Source of the DNA: an uncultured delta proteobacterium
Lineage (GTDB): Bacteria > Myxococcota > UBA727 > VGSZ01
Length of the DNA stretch: 64,000 nucleotides
Direction of reading: 5' to 3'
Assembly: GCA_963775425.1 (NCBI GenBank)
Contig: CAVZJB010000008.1
Coordinates: 1-64,000 of the forward strand
The stretch's first letter is position 1. Every line of letters begins with the position of its first letter. The notes beneath the pieces were generated by a model that was not told the DNA's origin, searched no databases, and saw only the letters and a list, made by a program, of their open reading frames with translations. The position numbers and the translations under genes were made by a program. Shown in pieces: positions 37,603 to 47,420 of this stretch.

Positions 37603-39237
37603 TCACGAGGGCGGGATCTCCACGGTCCGCTCGACGGTGCGGCCCGACGCCACCTTGAGGTCGGAGAACACGTGGGTCTCGCCGCTCCTGACGACGACGA
37701 GGGTGTACGCGCCCGGCGGCAGGTACGCGTCCTGGCCGGCGGGCACGGAGACGAGCGCGTCGCCGGGTGGGATGGGGAGGGCCCCCGTCTTGTCCGGCTT
37801 TTGCGCTTTGTCGGCCTTGAAGAAGCGCACCTCGGCGGGGACGGCGACGCCTCCTTGGAACACCTGCACCACCGCGGTGCCCACGTCGAGGTTCAGGCGC
37901 ATCGAGAGGCGGGAGCCGAGGGCGAGGGAGACGTCGTGGGCCGTGACGATGTCGCCCTGCGGCGCGTGGAAGATCGCCTTGACGGACACCTTGCCCGCCG
38001 ACAACGAGAACGAAGCTTTGCCGTCGGCGTCGACGGTCTTTTTGGCCACGGGGACGTCGTTGCCGGGGGCGTCGATCTCCACCTCGATGGACCTGGAGGC
38101 GGCGCCGGGGGCGTGCCCGCCGAGGACGGTCCTGGTCTCGAGGCGCGCCGAGGTGACGTCGAGGGTGACCGCGCGCTGCTCGCCCGCGTGCACGCGCACC
38201 GTGGCCGTGGCCTTGGGCGGCGTCCCGTCGTCTCGCCGGGCGTCCTTGCGGACGGCGCCGATGACGAACGTGCCCGCCGCCACGCGCAGCACGTCGCCGA
38301 CGGCGGCGGTGTTGAACGGCGCGGGCGCGCCCGGCGTCGACAGCTCGATGTCGATCTGCGCGTCCGCCGGCGGCGCGTGGCCGTCGACGAGGACGCGCGG
38401 CCGGATCACCGCCGTGTGGTGCGCCACGTACTTCGTGGTGGCCCTCTTGGGCCGGATGACGACGTTCCTGGTCAGCACCTCGGAGAAGTCGTAGGTGTCG
38501 TCGAGCTGCGTGACGAGGTCGTAGGTGCCCGGCGGCGCCTCCCCCTTCTCCCCCGCGTGCAGCTCGATGAGCCGCGTCTTCTGTCCCGGCGCGCGCAGCG
38601 CGGCGACGCCGCCCGCCTTCCGGCCGTTGTCGCTGAGGAACACCGTGAGCGTGCCGTCGGTGGTGTCGACGGTGACGGTGCTCTTGTTCTTCGCCGCGAT
38701 GCGCGCCTCGGCGTTGCCGAACACCGGGCGCGTCGACCCCGGGTCGTCGACCTTGGCGAGCACGCGGACCTTCCCCGGGCACAGCGGGATGACCGCCTTG
38801 TCCGTGGCCGACGCCACTTCGTGGCCGCGGTCGTCGAACACCGTGATCTCCGCGCGCACCGGCGTGTCGAAGCGCAGCACGTTCACGAGCAGGAACCCCG
38901 GGTCGAGAGACACCGGGACGCTGATCTCGCCCCGCTTGGCGACGATGGCGGCGCTCTTTTTCACCGTGCCCTCGTCGCTCGGGCAGGCGACGACGGCGTC
39001 GTATTTGCCGGGCTCGAGGTTCACCTGCTTGCCGGCGTCGAGCCCGGTCTGGTCGGCGTCGGCCTCGCCGGCCCGGTAGACGTCGACGGTGCAGGCGCCG
39101 GTCCACTTGACGTCGCCCTCCTTCTTCACGTCGAAGCTCACGGCGACGGTGGGTGTGTCGTCGCCGCTCTCGACGCCGGCGGCGGGGGCGGCGCACACGA
39201 GCAGGGCGAGGGCGGCGGCGGGCTTCAGCGCGATCAT
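37603..39237 (-). CDS. Secreted hypothetical protein with repeated beta-sandwich (prealbumin-like) modules
   Basis: Signal peptide MIALKPAAALALL; repeated LEPGKYD, PPGTYDL, LPPGAYTL motifs. Confidence 0.7.
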   Translation of the reverse strand: MIALKPAAALALLVCAAPAAGVESGDDTPTVAVSFDVKKEGDVKWTGACTVDVYRAGEADADQTGLDAGKQVNLEPGKYDAVVACPSDEGTVKKSAAIVAKRGEISVPVSLDPGFLLVNVLRFDTPVRAEITVFDDRGHEVASATDKAVIPLCPGKVRVLAKVDDPGSTRPVFGNAEARIAAKNKSTVTVDTTDGTLTVFLSDNGRKAGGVAALRAPGQKTRLIELHAGEKGEAPPGTYDLVTQLDDTYDFSEVLTRNVVIRPKRATTKYVAHHTAVIRPRVLVDGHAPPADAQIDIELSTPGAPAPFNTAAVGDVLRVAAGTFVIGAVRKDARRDDGTPPKATATVRVHAGEQRAVTLDVTSARLETRTVLGGHAPGAASRSIEVEIDAPGNDVPVAKKTVDADGKASFSLSAGKVSVKAIFHAPQGDIVTAHDVSLALGSRLSMRLNLDVGTAVVQVFQGGVAVPAEVRFFKADKAQKPDKTGALPIPPGDALVSVPAGQDAYLPPGAYTLVVVRSGETHVFSDLKVASGRTVERTVEIPPS

Positions 39238-39332
39238 GTCCCGAAGCCTCCGCCCGCTGGCGCGCCGGGGGCAAGCCCGGAGCGCAGGGAACCCCGCTGA
39301 CAAGGGGCGCGCGAGACGTCAGGTTCGCGGCG

Positions 39333-41039
39333 ATGGACTTCGTCGAGGAACGCCGCGAAGGCTTGCGCTGGCTCGCGCAACTGCGCTGGTGGGCGCTCGG
39401 GGGGACGCTCGCCGGCGTCGTCGTCGCGCTCGGGCTCAACTGGACCTTCGTCGACACCAAGGCGCTGTCCGGCGGCGTCGTCGTCATGGGCCTCGTGAAC
39501 CTGGGCCTCGTGTGGCGCGTGCGCCGCGAGGCGGACGTCGGCAAAAACGAGCTCTCGCTGCACGCCACGGCGGACCTGCTCTTCCTCACCTGGCTCCTGG
39601 CGTGGTCGGGCGGGGTGACGAACCCCATCTCCTTCGCCTTCAGCTTCCACGTCGTCCTCGGCGCGCTCTTGAACGGCCGCCGCGGCGCCGTGGCCTCCAC
39701 CCTCGCCTCGCTCGCCTGCATCGCGTTCCTGTCGGTCATCGACGAGACGCACCTGCTCCCGGTGCCCGCGCTCGAGCACCCGCCGCGCACCCTGTGGGTG
39801 CTCTCCCTCGGTCTCCTCGTCGCGGGGCTCGGCTACCTCGCCCTCGTCGTCGCCGAGCGGCAGGCGGCGCAGAACCGGCGCCTCGTCGAGGAGCGCAAGG
39901 AGGCCACCAGCAGCGTCGCGCTCCTCCTCGAGAGCCTCGAGGCCTTGCAGGTCGGCCTCGACCTCGTCGGCGCCGACGGCGCCTCGCAGCTCAAAAACGA
40001 GACCGCGCGCGCCCTCGAGGGCACGCCGCAGGCGGCGGAGGCGGCGCGCTCGGTGGAGAAGATCGAAGGGGATCAGGCGGTGCTGCGCCGCTTCGCCGTC
40101 GGCGGCCAGATCGGCGAGGGCGCGCACCCGCCCGGCCAGGGCAACGAGCGCATCATCGACCTCATCGCGCTGCCGCCGTCGCAGGCGCGCCCGGCGCGCG
40201 CGCTCCTGTACGTCGACCGCACCGACGAGCTCCTCGTCGAGCAGCGCCACGTCATGCTCGAGCGCCTGGCCACGCTCGGCCGCGCCATGCAGGGCGTCGC
40301 CCACGAGCTCAACACGCCGCTCACCACCATGCAGACCCTCGGCAAGGACCTGCGCGCCGCGCTCGCGGACGCGCCCCTCGACGAGAGGCTGCGCGTCGAC
40401 GTCGAGGAGTCCCTCTCGCTCCTCATCGACGAGTCCAAGCGCTGCCGCGCCCTCACGCAGGCCCTGTTGTCCCGCGCCGACGACGGCCGCGCCGGCGCCC
40501 GCGGCGCCGCCCCGAGCCTGCTCGACGTCGCCCGCCGCGCCGTGCGCCTCGTGGCCCCCACCGAGGAGGGCGACGACGTCGACATCGACGAGGTGACCCT
40601 CGCGCTGCCGTGCCCCGTCGACGGGGATCGCGTGCTGCAGGTGGTGATGAACCTCGTGCAGAACGCCCTGCGCGCCACGGTGGAGCAGCGTGGCGACGGC
40701 CGCGGCCCCCGGGTCACCGTGCGCGCAGAGCGCGCAGAGCGCGCCGTGGTGGTGCGCATCGTCGACCGCGGCCCCGGCCTGCCCGACGAGGTGCGGGCGC
40801 GCTTGTTCGAGCCCTTCGTCACAACCCGGCCCGTCGGGGAGGGCACCGGCCTCGGGCTGTACACCTCGCAGCGCATCGCCCACGAGATCGGCGGGTCGCT
40901 CGCCATCGAGGACGCGGCCGGCGGCGGCACCGTCGCCGTGCTCACGCTCCCGGCCGGCGGCAAGGCGATCGACCGCGAACCGCCCCCGCCCGCGCCGCGC
41001 TTGGCAGGGCCCGGCGGCCCGGCTAGGAGGGCGTCATGA
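39333..41039 (+). CDS. Sensor histidine kinase with a RegB/PrrB-like membrane domain
   Basis: WLAQLRWWAL, GGVTNP, H-box GVAHELNTPL, N-box NLVQNA, DRGPG, GTGLGL. Confidence 0.88.
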   Translation: MDFVEERREGLRWLAQLRWWALGGTLAGVVVALGLNWTFVDTKALSGGVVVMGLVNLGLVWRVRREADVGKNELSLHATADLLFLTWLLAWSGGVTNPISFAFSFHVVLGALLNGRRGAVASTLASLACIAFLSVIDETHLLPVPALEHPPRTLWVLSLGLLVAGLGYLALVVAERQAAQNRRLVEERKEATSSVALLLESLEALQVGLDLVGADGASQLKNETARALEGTPQAAEAARSVEKIEGDQAVLRRFAVGGQIGEGAHPPGQGNERIIDLIALPPSQARPARALLYVDRTDELLVEQRHVMLERLATLGRAMQGVAHELNTPLTTMQTLGKDLRAALADAPLDERLRVDVEESLSLLIDESKRCRALTQALLSRADDGRAGARGAAPSLLDVARRAVRLVAPTEEGDDVDIDEVTLALPCPVDGDRVLQVVMNLVQNALRATVEQRGDGRGPRVTVRAERAERAVVVRIVDRGPGLPDEVRARLFEPFVTTRPVGEGTGLGLYTSQRIAHEIGGSLAIEDAAGGGTVAVLTLPAGGKAIDREPPPPAPRLAGPGGPARRAS

Positions 41040-42358
41040 GGGTGCTCATCGTCGACGACGATCCCGGCCTGCGGCTCGCGCTCTCCAAGGCGCTCACCCG
41101 CAAGGGCGTCGACGTCATCGATCTGTCCGGCGGCGAGCCCGCGCTCGACGCGCTCAAGACCGGCGTCGCCCGCGCCGGCCGCGTCGACGTCTGCGTGCTC
41201 GATCTCAAGATGCCCGGCATGGGCGGCCTCGAGGTCCTGCGCCGCACCCCGCACCGAAGGGTCCCGGTCGTCGTGCTCACCGGGCACGGCACGGTGCCCG
41301 ACGCCGTCGAGGCCATGCGGCTCGGCGCCCAGAACTTCCTGCAGAAGCCCATCGACGCCGACATCCTGCTCCCCGTCCTGCACCAGATGCTGAAGGACGA
41401 GCCGGCGTCGGTGTCCACCACCCTCCTCGGCGCCTCCGACGCCATGCTCTCCTTCCTCGAGAAGCTCGACCGCGCGGCGCAGTCCGAGGAGCCCGTGCTC
41501 CTCGTCGGCGAGCCCGGCACCGGCAAGGAGCTGTGCGCCCGCCGCATCCACGAGGGCAGCGCGCGCAAGCGGGGCTCCTTGATGGCGCTCAGCTCGGCGG
41601 CGATGCCGAAGGAGATGGTCGAAAGCGAGCTGTTCGGCCAGCGCCGCGGCGCCTCGGCCTCGTGGACAAACGGTGGCGGCGACACCCGCGACGGCCTGTG
41701 CGCCAAGGCCGCCGACGGCACCCTCTTCATCGACGAGATCGGCGATCTGCCGCCCGACGTGCAAGGCAAGCTCCTGCGCGCGCTCGAGGACAAGCGCTTT
41801 CGCCCCGTGGGCTCCGACGTGGAAAAGCCGTTCCGCGCGCGCCTCGTCGCCGCCACGCAGAAGGACCTCAAGGGCGCCGACGGCGTCCGCGGCGACCTCT
41901 TCTATCGCCTCGGCGTCATCCCGCTGTCGGTGCCGCCCCTGCGCGAGCGCGGCGACGACATCGTGCTCATCGCGCGCGCCTGCCTCGGGCGCAGCACGGA
42001 CCGGCAGATGTCGCTGACGCCGGAGGCCGAGGACCGCCTGCGCGACTACGCCTTCCCCGGCAACGTGCGCGAGCTCGTGAACCTCATGAAGCGGGCGGCG
42101 CTGTTCGCCCCCGAGGAGGTCGTCGACGTCGGGCTCATCGACGAGCTCCTCGCGGAGTCACCCTACGGCCAGGGCGCCGCCGCCCCCGTCGACCCCGGGC
42201 CGCGCGCGGGCCAGCGCGTGACGCTCGAGGAGCTCGAAAAGACGCACATCCGCCGGCTCCTCGACGAGCTGAAGAACGTCTCGGAGGTGGCCCGCATCGT
42301 CGGCATCGACCGCCGCACGCTGCAGCGAAAGATGGCCGCGTGGGGCTTTCGCGATTAG
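41036..42358 (+). CDS. NtrC-type response regulator (receiver, AAA+, HTH) lacking GAFTGA
   Basis: VLIVDDD, DLKMPGMGG, GEPGTGKE, TLFIDEIG, FPGNVREL, HTH NVSEVARIVGIDRRTLQRKM. Confidence 0.9.
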   Translation: MRVLIVDDDPGLRLALSKALTRKGVDVIDLSGGEPALDALKTGVARAGRVDVCVLDLKMPGMGGLEVLRRTPHRRVPVVVLTGHGTVPDAVEAMRLGAQNFLQKPIDADILLPVLHQMLKDEPASVSTTLLGASDAMLSFLEKLDRAAQSEEPVLLVGEPGTGKELCARRIHEGSARKRGSLMALSSAAMPKEMVESELFGQRRGASASWTNGGGDTRDGLCAKAADGTLFIDEIGDLPPDVQGKLLRALEDKRFRPVGSDVEKPFRARLVAATQKDLKGADGVRGDLFYRLGVIPLSVPPLRERGDDIVLIARACLGRSTDRQMSLTPEAEDRLRDYAFPGNVRELVNLMKRAALFAPEEVVDVGLIDELLAESPYGQGAAAPVDPGPRAGQRVTLEELEKTHIRRLLDELKNVSEVARIVGIDRRTLQRKMAAWGFRD

Positions 42359-42536
42359 GGCGCAACCCGCAGGTGTAGGTGCCGATGCCACAGGCAGGGG
42401 ACGGCGCGGCGGATCGAGACGCGATCGGACGGACGCGGCGGCGCGCAACAGGCGTACTTCCGCCACGCCGCCGGGGCTGAACGACAGAAGCGGCCGGCGG
42501 TGGTGGGCGCACACGGAGGTTCGCTAGCCTCTCGGT

Positions 42537-43676
42537 GTGCGCGCCGTCCTTTACTTCGGGTTCGCCGCCGTCGCCCTCGCGCCGGTGCGCGCGGGCGCGC
42601 CGAGCCACGCGGACGGGCCGGTGTGCAAGGTCGGCGAGAAGCTGCCCCCGTTGGTGCGGCGCGACCTCGTCGCGGGCGCGGGCGGCGCCGGGCGCGCCTG
42701 GGTAAGGGCGGTGCGCGACCTCGCCGAGGACCGCCTCGACGTCGACGCGCTGCCGCCCACCACGCCGATCACGGTGTGGACCGTCGGCGGCGACGTCGTC
42801 GCCTTCGAGATCGCGGACCGCTTCGCCGCCCCGGCGCAAGCGTCCGGCGGCGGCCTGCGCTGGAGCTTCGACGACGGCAGCACGCTCGACGGCCCGTTCC
42901 TCGCGCGGCCGGTGCGCTACATGGCGGTGGCCTCGCGCATCGGCGTCCGCCAGCACCCGATCACCCGGCGCATCCGCTTCCACGCCGGCACCGACTACGC
43001 CGCGCCCGTCGGGACGCCGGTGCACGCCGCCGGCGACGGCGTCGTCACCAAGTGGATGCGGAGCTGGACCGGCGGGCGCATCCTCATCATCAAGCACGAC
43101 GACGGCTACGAGACCAAGTACATGCACTTGAGCGCCCGGGCCGACGGCATCGACGAGGGCGTGCGCGTCCACGAGGGACAGCTCATCGCCTACGTCGGCA
43201 GGACCGGCCGCGTCACGGGCCCGCACCTGCACTTCGAGATCCGCGACCCGTGGCGCACGCCGCTCGACTCCGTCGTCGCGCGCTGGCCCGGCGCCGCCCG
43301 CGTCGGCGACGCCGCTCTCGAGGCGCTGCGCCTGCGCCGCGACCTCCTGCACACGTTTCTGGCGAACGGCGAGCGCGACCTCGACGACCCGCTGACGTCG
43401 CCGCCCTCCGCCGTGGACGACGCTCCGCCGGTGGACGACGACGGCGCCGGCGTCGTCCTGCCCTTCGCCCCCGTGCGCACGGCCGAGCGCCGCGCCCGGG
43501 GCCCGCGGCGCCGGCGGGTGCGCACCACGCACCCCGTCTTCGACGAGATCGACGTCACCGCGCGCGACACGCTCGCCCGCCGCGCCATCCAGCTCGCCGC
43601 CGAATTCCCCGACGACCCGATGCCTCGCCTCGGACAGCCGCCCGCTGCTGCGGCTCCGCGCGCCGAGGCGGTGTAG
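42537..43676 (+). CDS. M23 family metallopeptidase (MepM-like)
   Basis: HAGTDYAAPVGTPV, YMHLS, TGPHLHFE. Confidence 0.88.
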   Translation: MRAVLYFGFAAVALAPVRAGAPSHADGPVCKVGEKLPPLVRRDLVAGAGGAGRAWVRAVRDLAEDRLDVDALPPTTPITVWTVGGDVVAFEIADRFAAPAQASGGGLRWSFDDGSTLDGPFLARPVRYMAVASRIGVRQHPITRRIRFHAGTDYAAPVGTPVHAAGDGVVTKWMRSWTGGRILIIKHDDGYETKYMHLSARADGIDEGVRVHEGQLIAYVGRTGRVTGPHLHFEIRDPWRTPLDSVVARWPGAARVGDAALEALRLRRDLLHTFLANGERDLDDPLTSPPSAVDDAPPVDDDGAGVVLPFAPVRTAERRARGPRRRRVRTTHPVFDEIDVTARDTLARRAIQLAAEFPDDPMPRLGQPPAAAAPRAEAV

Positions 43677-43685
43677 ATTCGCCGC

Positions 43686-44042
43686 GTGACGACCAAGTCG
43701 ACGAGCGGTGAGCAAGAGAGGCGCGCGTACAAGCGCGTGCAGGCCCCGGTGTACTGCCGCCCTGCGGGGCTGGCGCTGCGCTTCCTCCAGCAAAAGCAGA
43801 AGCCGCTCGACATCTCGCTCGGCGGCATGCGCATCTACAGCGACGAGCCCGTCAAGAAGGGCACCCGCCTCGAGCTCGAGTTGTTCTTGCCCGACAACAG
43901 CAGCGTCACCTGCAAGGTCGAGGCGGTCTGGATCGTGGTGCTCCCCCCCGGCTCGCCCGCCAAGCACGACGTTGGCCTCAAGTTCATCGACATCAAGCCC
44001 GAGGACCGGGATCGCCTGGGCGCCGTGCTCGAAGACGTCTGA
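43686..44042 (+). CDS. PilZ domain protein
   Basis: ERRAYKR (RxxxR) and DISLGG (DxSxxG). Confidence 0.88.
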   Translation: MTTKSTSGEQERRAYKRVQAPVYCRPAGLALRFLQQKQKPLDISLGGMRIYSDEPVKKGTRLELELFLPDNSSVTCKVEAVWIVVLPPGSPAKHDVGLKFIDIKPEDRDRLGAVLEDV

Positions 44043-44082
44043 CGTCGGAAATCACCCGTAGGGCGGGGGCTGTCCGTCGTCG

Positions 44083-45057
44083 TCAGCGCCAGGGCAGCGC
44101 GTTGACGTCGTCGATGTCCTTGGCGCCGGTGAGGAACATCAGCAGGCGGTCGAAGCCGAGCGCGCAGCCGGCGGCGCGCGGCATCTCGTCGAGCGCCGCG
44201 AGGAAGTCCTCGTCGAGCGGGAGCGCGGGCTTGCCGAGCGCCTCGCGCGCCTCGTTGTCGGCGACGAAGCGGGCGCGCTGCTCGGCGGCGTCGGTGAGCT
44301 CGTCGAAGGCGTTCGAGAGCTCGAGGCCGCCGGCGTAGACCTCGAAGCGCGAGGCGTAGCGGGCGTCGTCGTCGCAGGTGCGCGCGAGCACCGCCATGGA
44401 CGCGGGCCAGCGCTGCACGACCATGGGCCTGCCGCGGCCGATGTTCGGCTCCACGCGCTCGCCCATCACGGCGAAGAACGCGTCCTCGAAGTCGGCCCCG
44501 TGCCGCAGGACGAGGCCGGCGGCGCGGGCGCGGGCGACGAGGTCGCCGTCGCTGCCGGGGGCTGCGTCGAGCGCGGCGTCGAGGTCGATGCCGGCGTGCT
44601 CCTCGAAGAGGTCGGCGACGTCGGCGCGCGCGAAGGGCACGGCCGGCGCCTCCACCTCAAGCGCCTCCGCCACCGCGGCGAACAGCTCCTCGTGGTCGGC
44701 GATGATCTCCTCGAGCGTTTGCTTGGCCCGGTACCACTCGAGGAGCGCGAACTCCGGCAGGTGCAGCGCCGTGCGCTCCCCGTCGCGAAAGACGTGCGAG
44801 AGCTGGAAGATGCGCTCGGCGCCGGCCGCCAGGAGCCGCTTCATGGACAGCTCCGGCGAGGTGATGAGCCAGCGCCGCTCGGCCTTGCCCTCGAACGTGG
44901 TGCGCACGTCGACGGCGATGGGGTCGATGTGCGGCTCCAGGCCCGGCCCCGGCACGAGCAGCGGCGTGTCCACCTCGAGGAAGCCGCGCGCCCGCAGGAA
45001 GGAGCGCACCGCCCAGGCGGCGTCGTGACGTCGACGCAACTGATCCACCGTGCCCAT
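44083..45057 (-). CDS. epmA: EF-P lysine aminoacylase EpmA/GenX
   Basis: FLEVDTP, TSPELSMKRLLAAG, FRDGE..HLPEF..LEWY, GLELSNAFDEL, GCALGFDRL; no anticodon-binding domain. Confidence 0.92.
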   Translation of the reverse strand: MGTVDQLRRRHDAAWAVRSFLRARGFLEVDTPLLVPGPGLEPHIDPIAVDVRTTFEGKAERRWLITSPELSMKRLLAAGAERIFQLSHVFRDGERTALHLPEFALLEWYRAKQTLEEIIADHEELFAAVAEALEVEAPAVPFARADVADLFEEHAGIDLDAALDAAPGSDGDLVARARAAGLVLRHGADFEDAFFAVMGERVEPNIGRGRPMVVQRWPASMAVLARTCDDDARYASRFEVYAGGLELSNAFDELTDAAEQRARFVADNEAREALGKPALPLDEDFLAALDEMPRAAGCALGFDRLLMFLTGAKDIDDVNALPWR

Positions 45058-45087
45058 GACGACGCACTCATGCCATGCTGCGCCGCC

Positions 45088-46749
45088 ATGCAGAAGCCCG
45101 CCTCATTCCCCTCGCGCGTCTCCCTTGCGGCCTCCGCGCTCGCCCTCGCCGCCCTGCTGGCGGCGCCGGCGGCGCACGCGGCCGCGTACTACGTCGGCGA
45201 GATCGGCGCCCGCAGCATCGCCCGCGGCGGCGCCAACCTCGTCGCCCCCGCCGACCCCACGGCGGCGTGGCTGAACCCGGCGGCGCTGTCGCTCGCCAAG
45301 GGCGTACAGCTCACCGTCGACCTCAACCTCGTCTTCCTCGAGTCCTCCTTCACCCGCGACTGCGGCGGCAAGCCAAACGGCTGCGCACCGCCCGCCGACC
45401 TGCACCGCACCTACACCGGCACAGACGGCAGCAAGCACGTCTACGACGTCCACGCCAACCGCCCGGCTCCCGACGCGGACACGAACGAGCCCGGGCCCGC
45501 CGACGTCAACGCCCTCGGCAACTTCGACACCCCCTCGCGCTTCGACGGCAAGACCGCGGTGTCGAACCGCGCGCTGGTGCAGCCGGTGCCGCGCATCATG
45601 CTGTCCATCAACGGCGACACCTTCGGCGTCGACGGCGTCGCCCTCGGCGCCTACGTGTTCGCGCCCAGCAACGGCGACTACGACTTCGGCACGGACACGC
45701 CCACGCGCTACACGCTCATCGATCGCGACCTGCTCGAGGTCTACTACGGGCTCGCGCTCGCCTATCGCTACGGCGACGTCATCGGCGTCGGCGCCGGCCT
45801 GCAGTTCGTCACCGCGGGCGTCAACCAGCGGGTGGCGCTGAGCGCCGACCAGTACAGCAACGAGGACCCCGACTACGACCTGCGCATCAAGGTCGACGTG
45901 CGCCAGGACTTCATCCCCTCGGGCAACTTCGGCGTCTGGACCAACCCGGGCAAGCTCCTCGGCATCGGCGACCTCATGCTCGCGGGCTCGGTGCAGCTCG
46001 GCCGCACCGTGAAGGCCACGGGGCCGGTGTCCATCGACGCCATCGGCAAGCGCTTCCAGGCCGAGTTCATCGACACCAACCTCATCACCCTCGACGTGGC
46101 CAAGGACGCCACCGCCACCACCGAGTTTCAGCTCGCGCCGTTTTATCGGGTGGGCGCCCAGTACGGCCTCGACCTCGGCGGCGGCACCTCGTTCAACGTC
46201 GAGGGCGACTTCGTCTACGAGCAGTGGTCGGTCTACGACCACGTCTTCCTCGCCACCAAGGGCGTCACCGTCGACACCAACCCCAACGACGCCGTCCCCG
46301 CCAAGGAGCTCGACCCCGTGGTGCAGCCCAAGGACTGGGTCGACGCGTGGAGCGCGCGCTTCGGCGGCACCCTCGGCCTGTTCGACAAGATGCTCGAGCT
46401 GCACGCCGGGGGCTTCTACGAGACCAGCGGCATCCCCAACGCGACCTACTCCGTCGAGCTCGCCGACGGCGACAAGGTGGGCGTGGGCGCCGGCGTCTCC
46501 GGCACGATGTTCGGCGCGCGCGTCGACGTCGGCTACAGCCACGTCTTCATCTTCGACCGCACCGTCGGCAACGAGAGCATCGTCTACAACGGCACCGCAG
46601 GCCCCTCCATCCTCATGGGCGGCGCCGACACCGAGACGCGCGTCGCGATGGGCAAGTACAGCGCCGGCTTCGACATGGTGAACGTCGGCGTCACGGTCGC
46701 GTTCGACGAGATGTTCGGCTTCGGCGCCCACGCGGGTGGGAGAGGGTGA
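45088..46749 (+). CDS. FadL/OmpP1-family outer membrane transport protein
   Basis: Signal peptide, ARSIARGGA..DPTAAWLNPAAL hatch motif, beta-strand pattern, DWVDAWSARFG. Confidence 0.82.
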   Translation: MQKPASFPSRVSLAASALALAALLAAPAAHAAAYYVGEIGARSIARGGANLVAPADPTAAWLNPAALSLAKGVQLTVDLNLVFLESSFTRDCGGKPNGCAPPADLHRTYTGTDGSKHVYDVHANRPAPDADTNEPGPADVNALGNFDTPSRFDGKTAVSNRALVQPVPRIMLSINGDTFGVDGVALGAYVFAPSNGDYDFGTDTPTRYTLIDRDLLEVYYGLALAYRYGDVIGVGAGLQFVTAGVNQRVALSADQYSNEDPDYDLRIKVDVRQDFIPSGNFGVWTNPGKLLGIGDLMLAGSVQLGRTVKATGPVSIDAIGKRFQAEFIDTNLITLDVAKDATATTEFQLAPFYRVGAQYGLDLGGGTSFNVEGDFVYEQWSVYDHVFLATKGVTVDTNPNDAVPAKELDPVVQPKDWVDAWSARFGGTLGLFDKMLELHAGGFYETSGIPNATYSVELADGDKVGVGAGVSGTMFGARVDVGYSHVFIFDRTVGNESIVYNGTAGPSILMGGADTETRVAMGKYSAGFDMVNVGVTVAFDEMFGFGAHAGGRG

Positions 46750-47420
46750 CGCTGCCGGCGCAGCAGCCGTCGCGCGCGTTGCCAGGTGCGCCGCGTCGCT
46801 GTCCCCCCGGGGCAGGGAGAGCGTGACGTCGGGCGCGAGATCGGCACCACGGCGTCGTCGAGCGTGTCGATCACGCGCACGACGCCGCCTCCGTCGAGGG
46901 TGGCCGCGACGGCGACGCGCGCGCCGTCGGCGGTGGCGGCGACGTCGCGGACCGCGGTGAGATCGGCGCCGATGGCGTCGACGCGCGGCGCCGCGAAAAC
47001 GCGAGGCCGCCGCCGCTGACGTCGTCGCTGAGGGCGGAGAGACGCCGAGGGGAAGCCGCCGTCGGCGACGCACGCGAGCGGCTTGAGCACGCGCACGGTG
47101 AGCTCGCCGCCGTCGTCGAGCGCGACGCCATGGGCCTCGCCGCGTCCGATGACGTCGCCGTCCGCCGACAGCACGGCGACGACGCTCACGCGAGCGCCGA
47201 AGGGGACGGCGTCGAGGACGGGGACGCCCTGAGCGAGCTCGAAGTCGCCCGCGGCGCGGCGGGTGTCGTCGTCGTCATCGCTCACCTCGAGGTGCAGGCT
47301 CCCTCCTTGCGCGCGCGGATCGGCGAACGGATCGAGCGCCGCCACCGACGGCGCCTCGAGCACGATGCGCACCCCGCCGAGCGCGGGCGGCGGCGGCGGC
47401 GCGTCGACGTCGTCACGGCA
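46750..47420 (-). pseudogene. Degraded lipoprotein gene fragment (no signal peptide, several frameshifts)
   Basis: Coding-like frame C-RDDVDAPPPP..RIVLEAP..KPLACVADGG switches register near 47040 and again near 46850. Confidence 0.5.
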
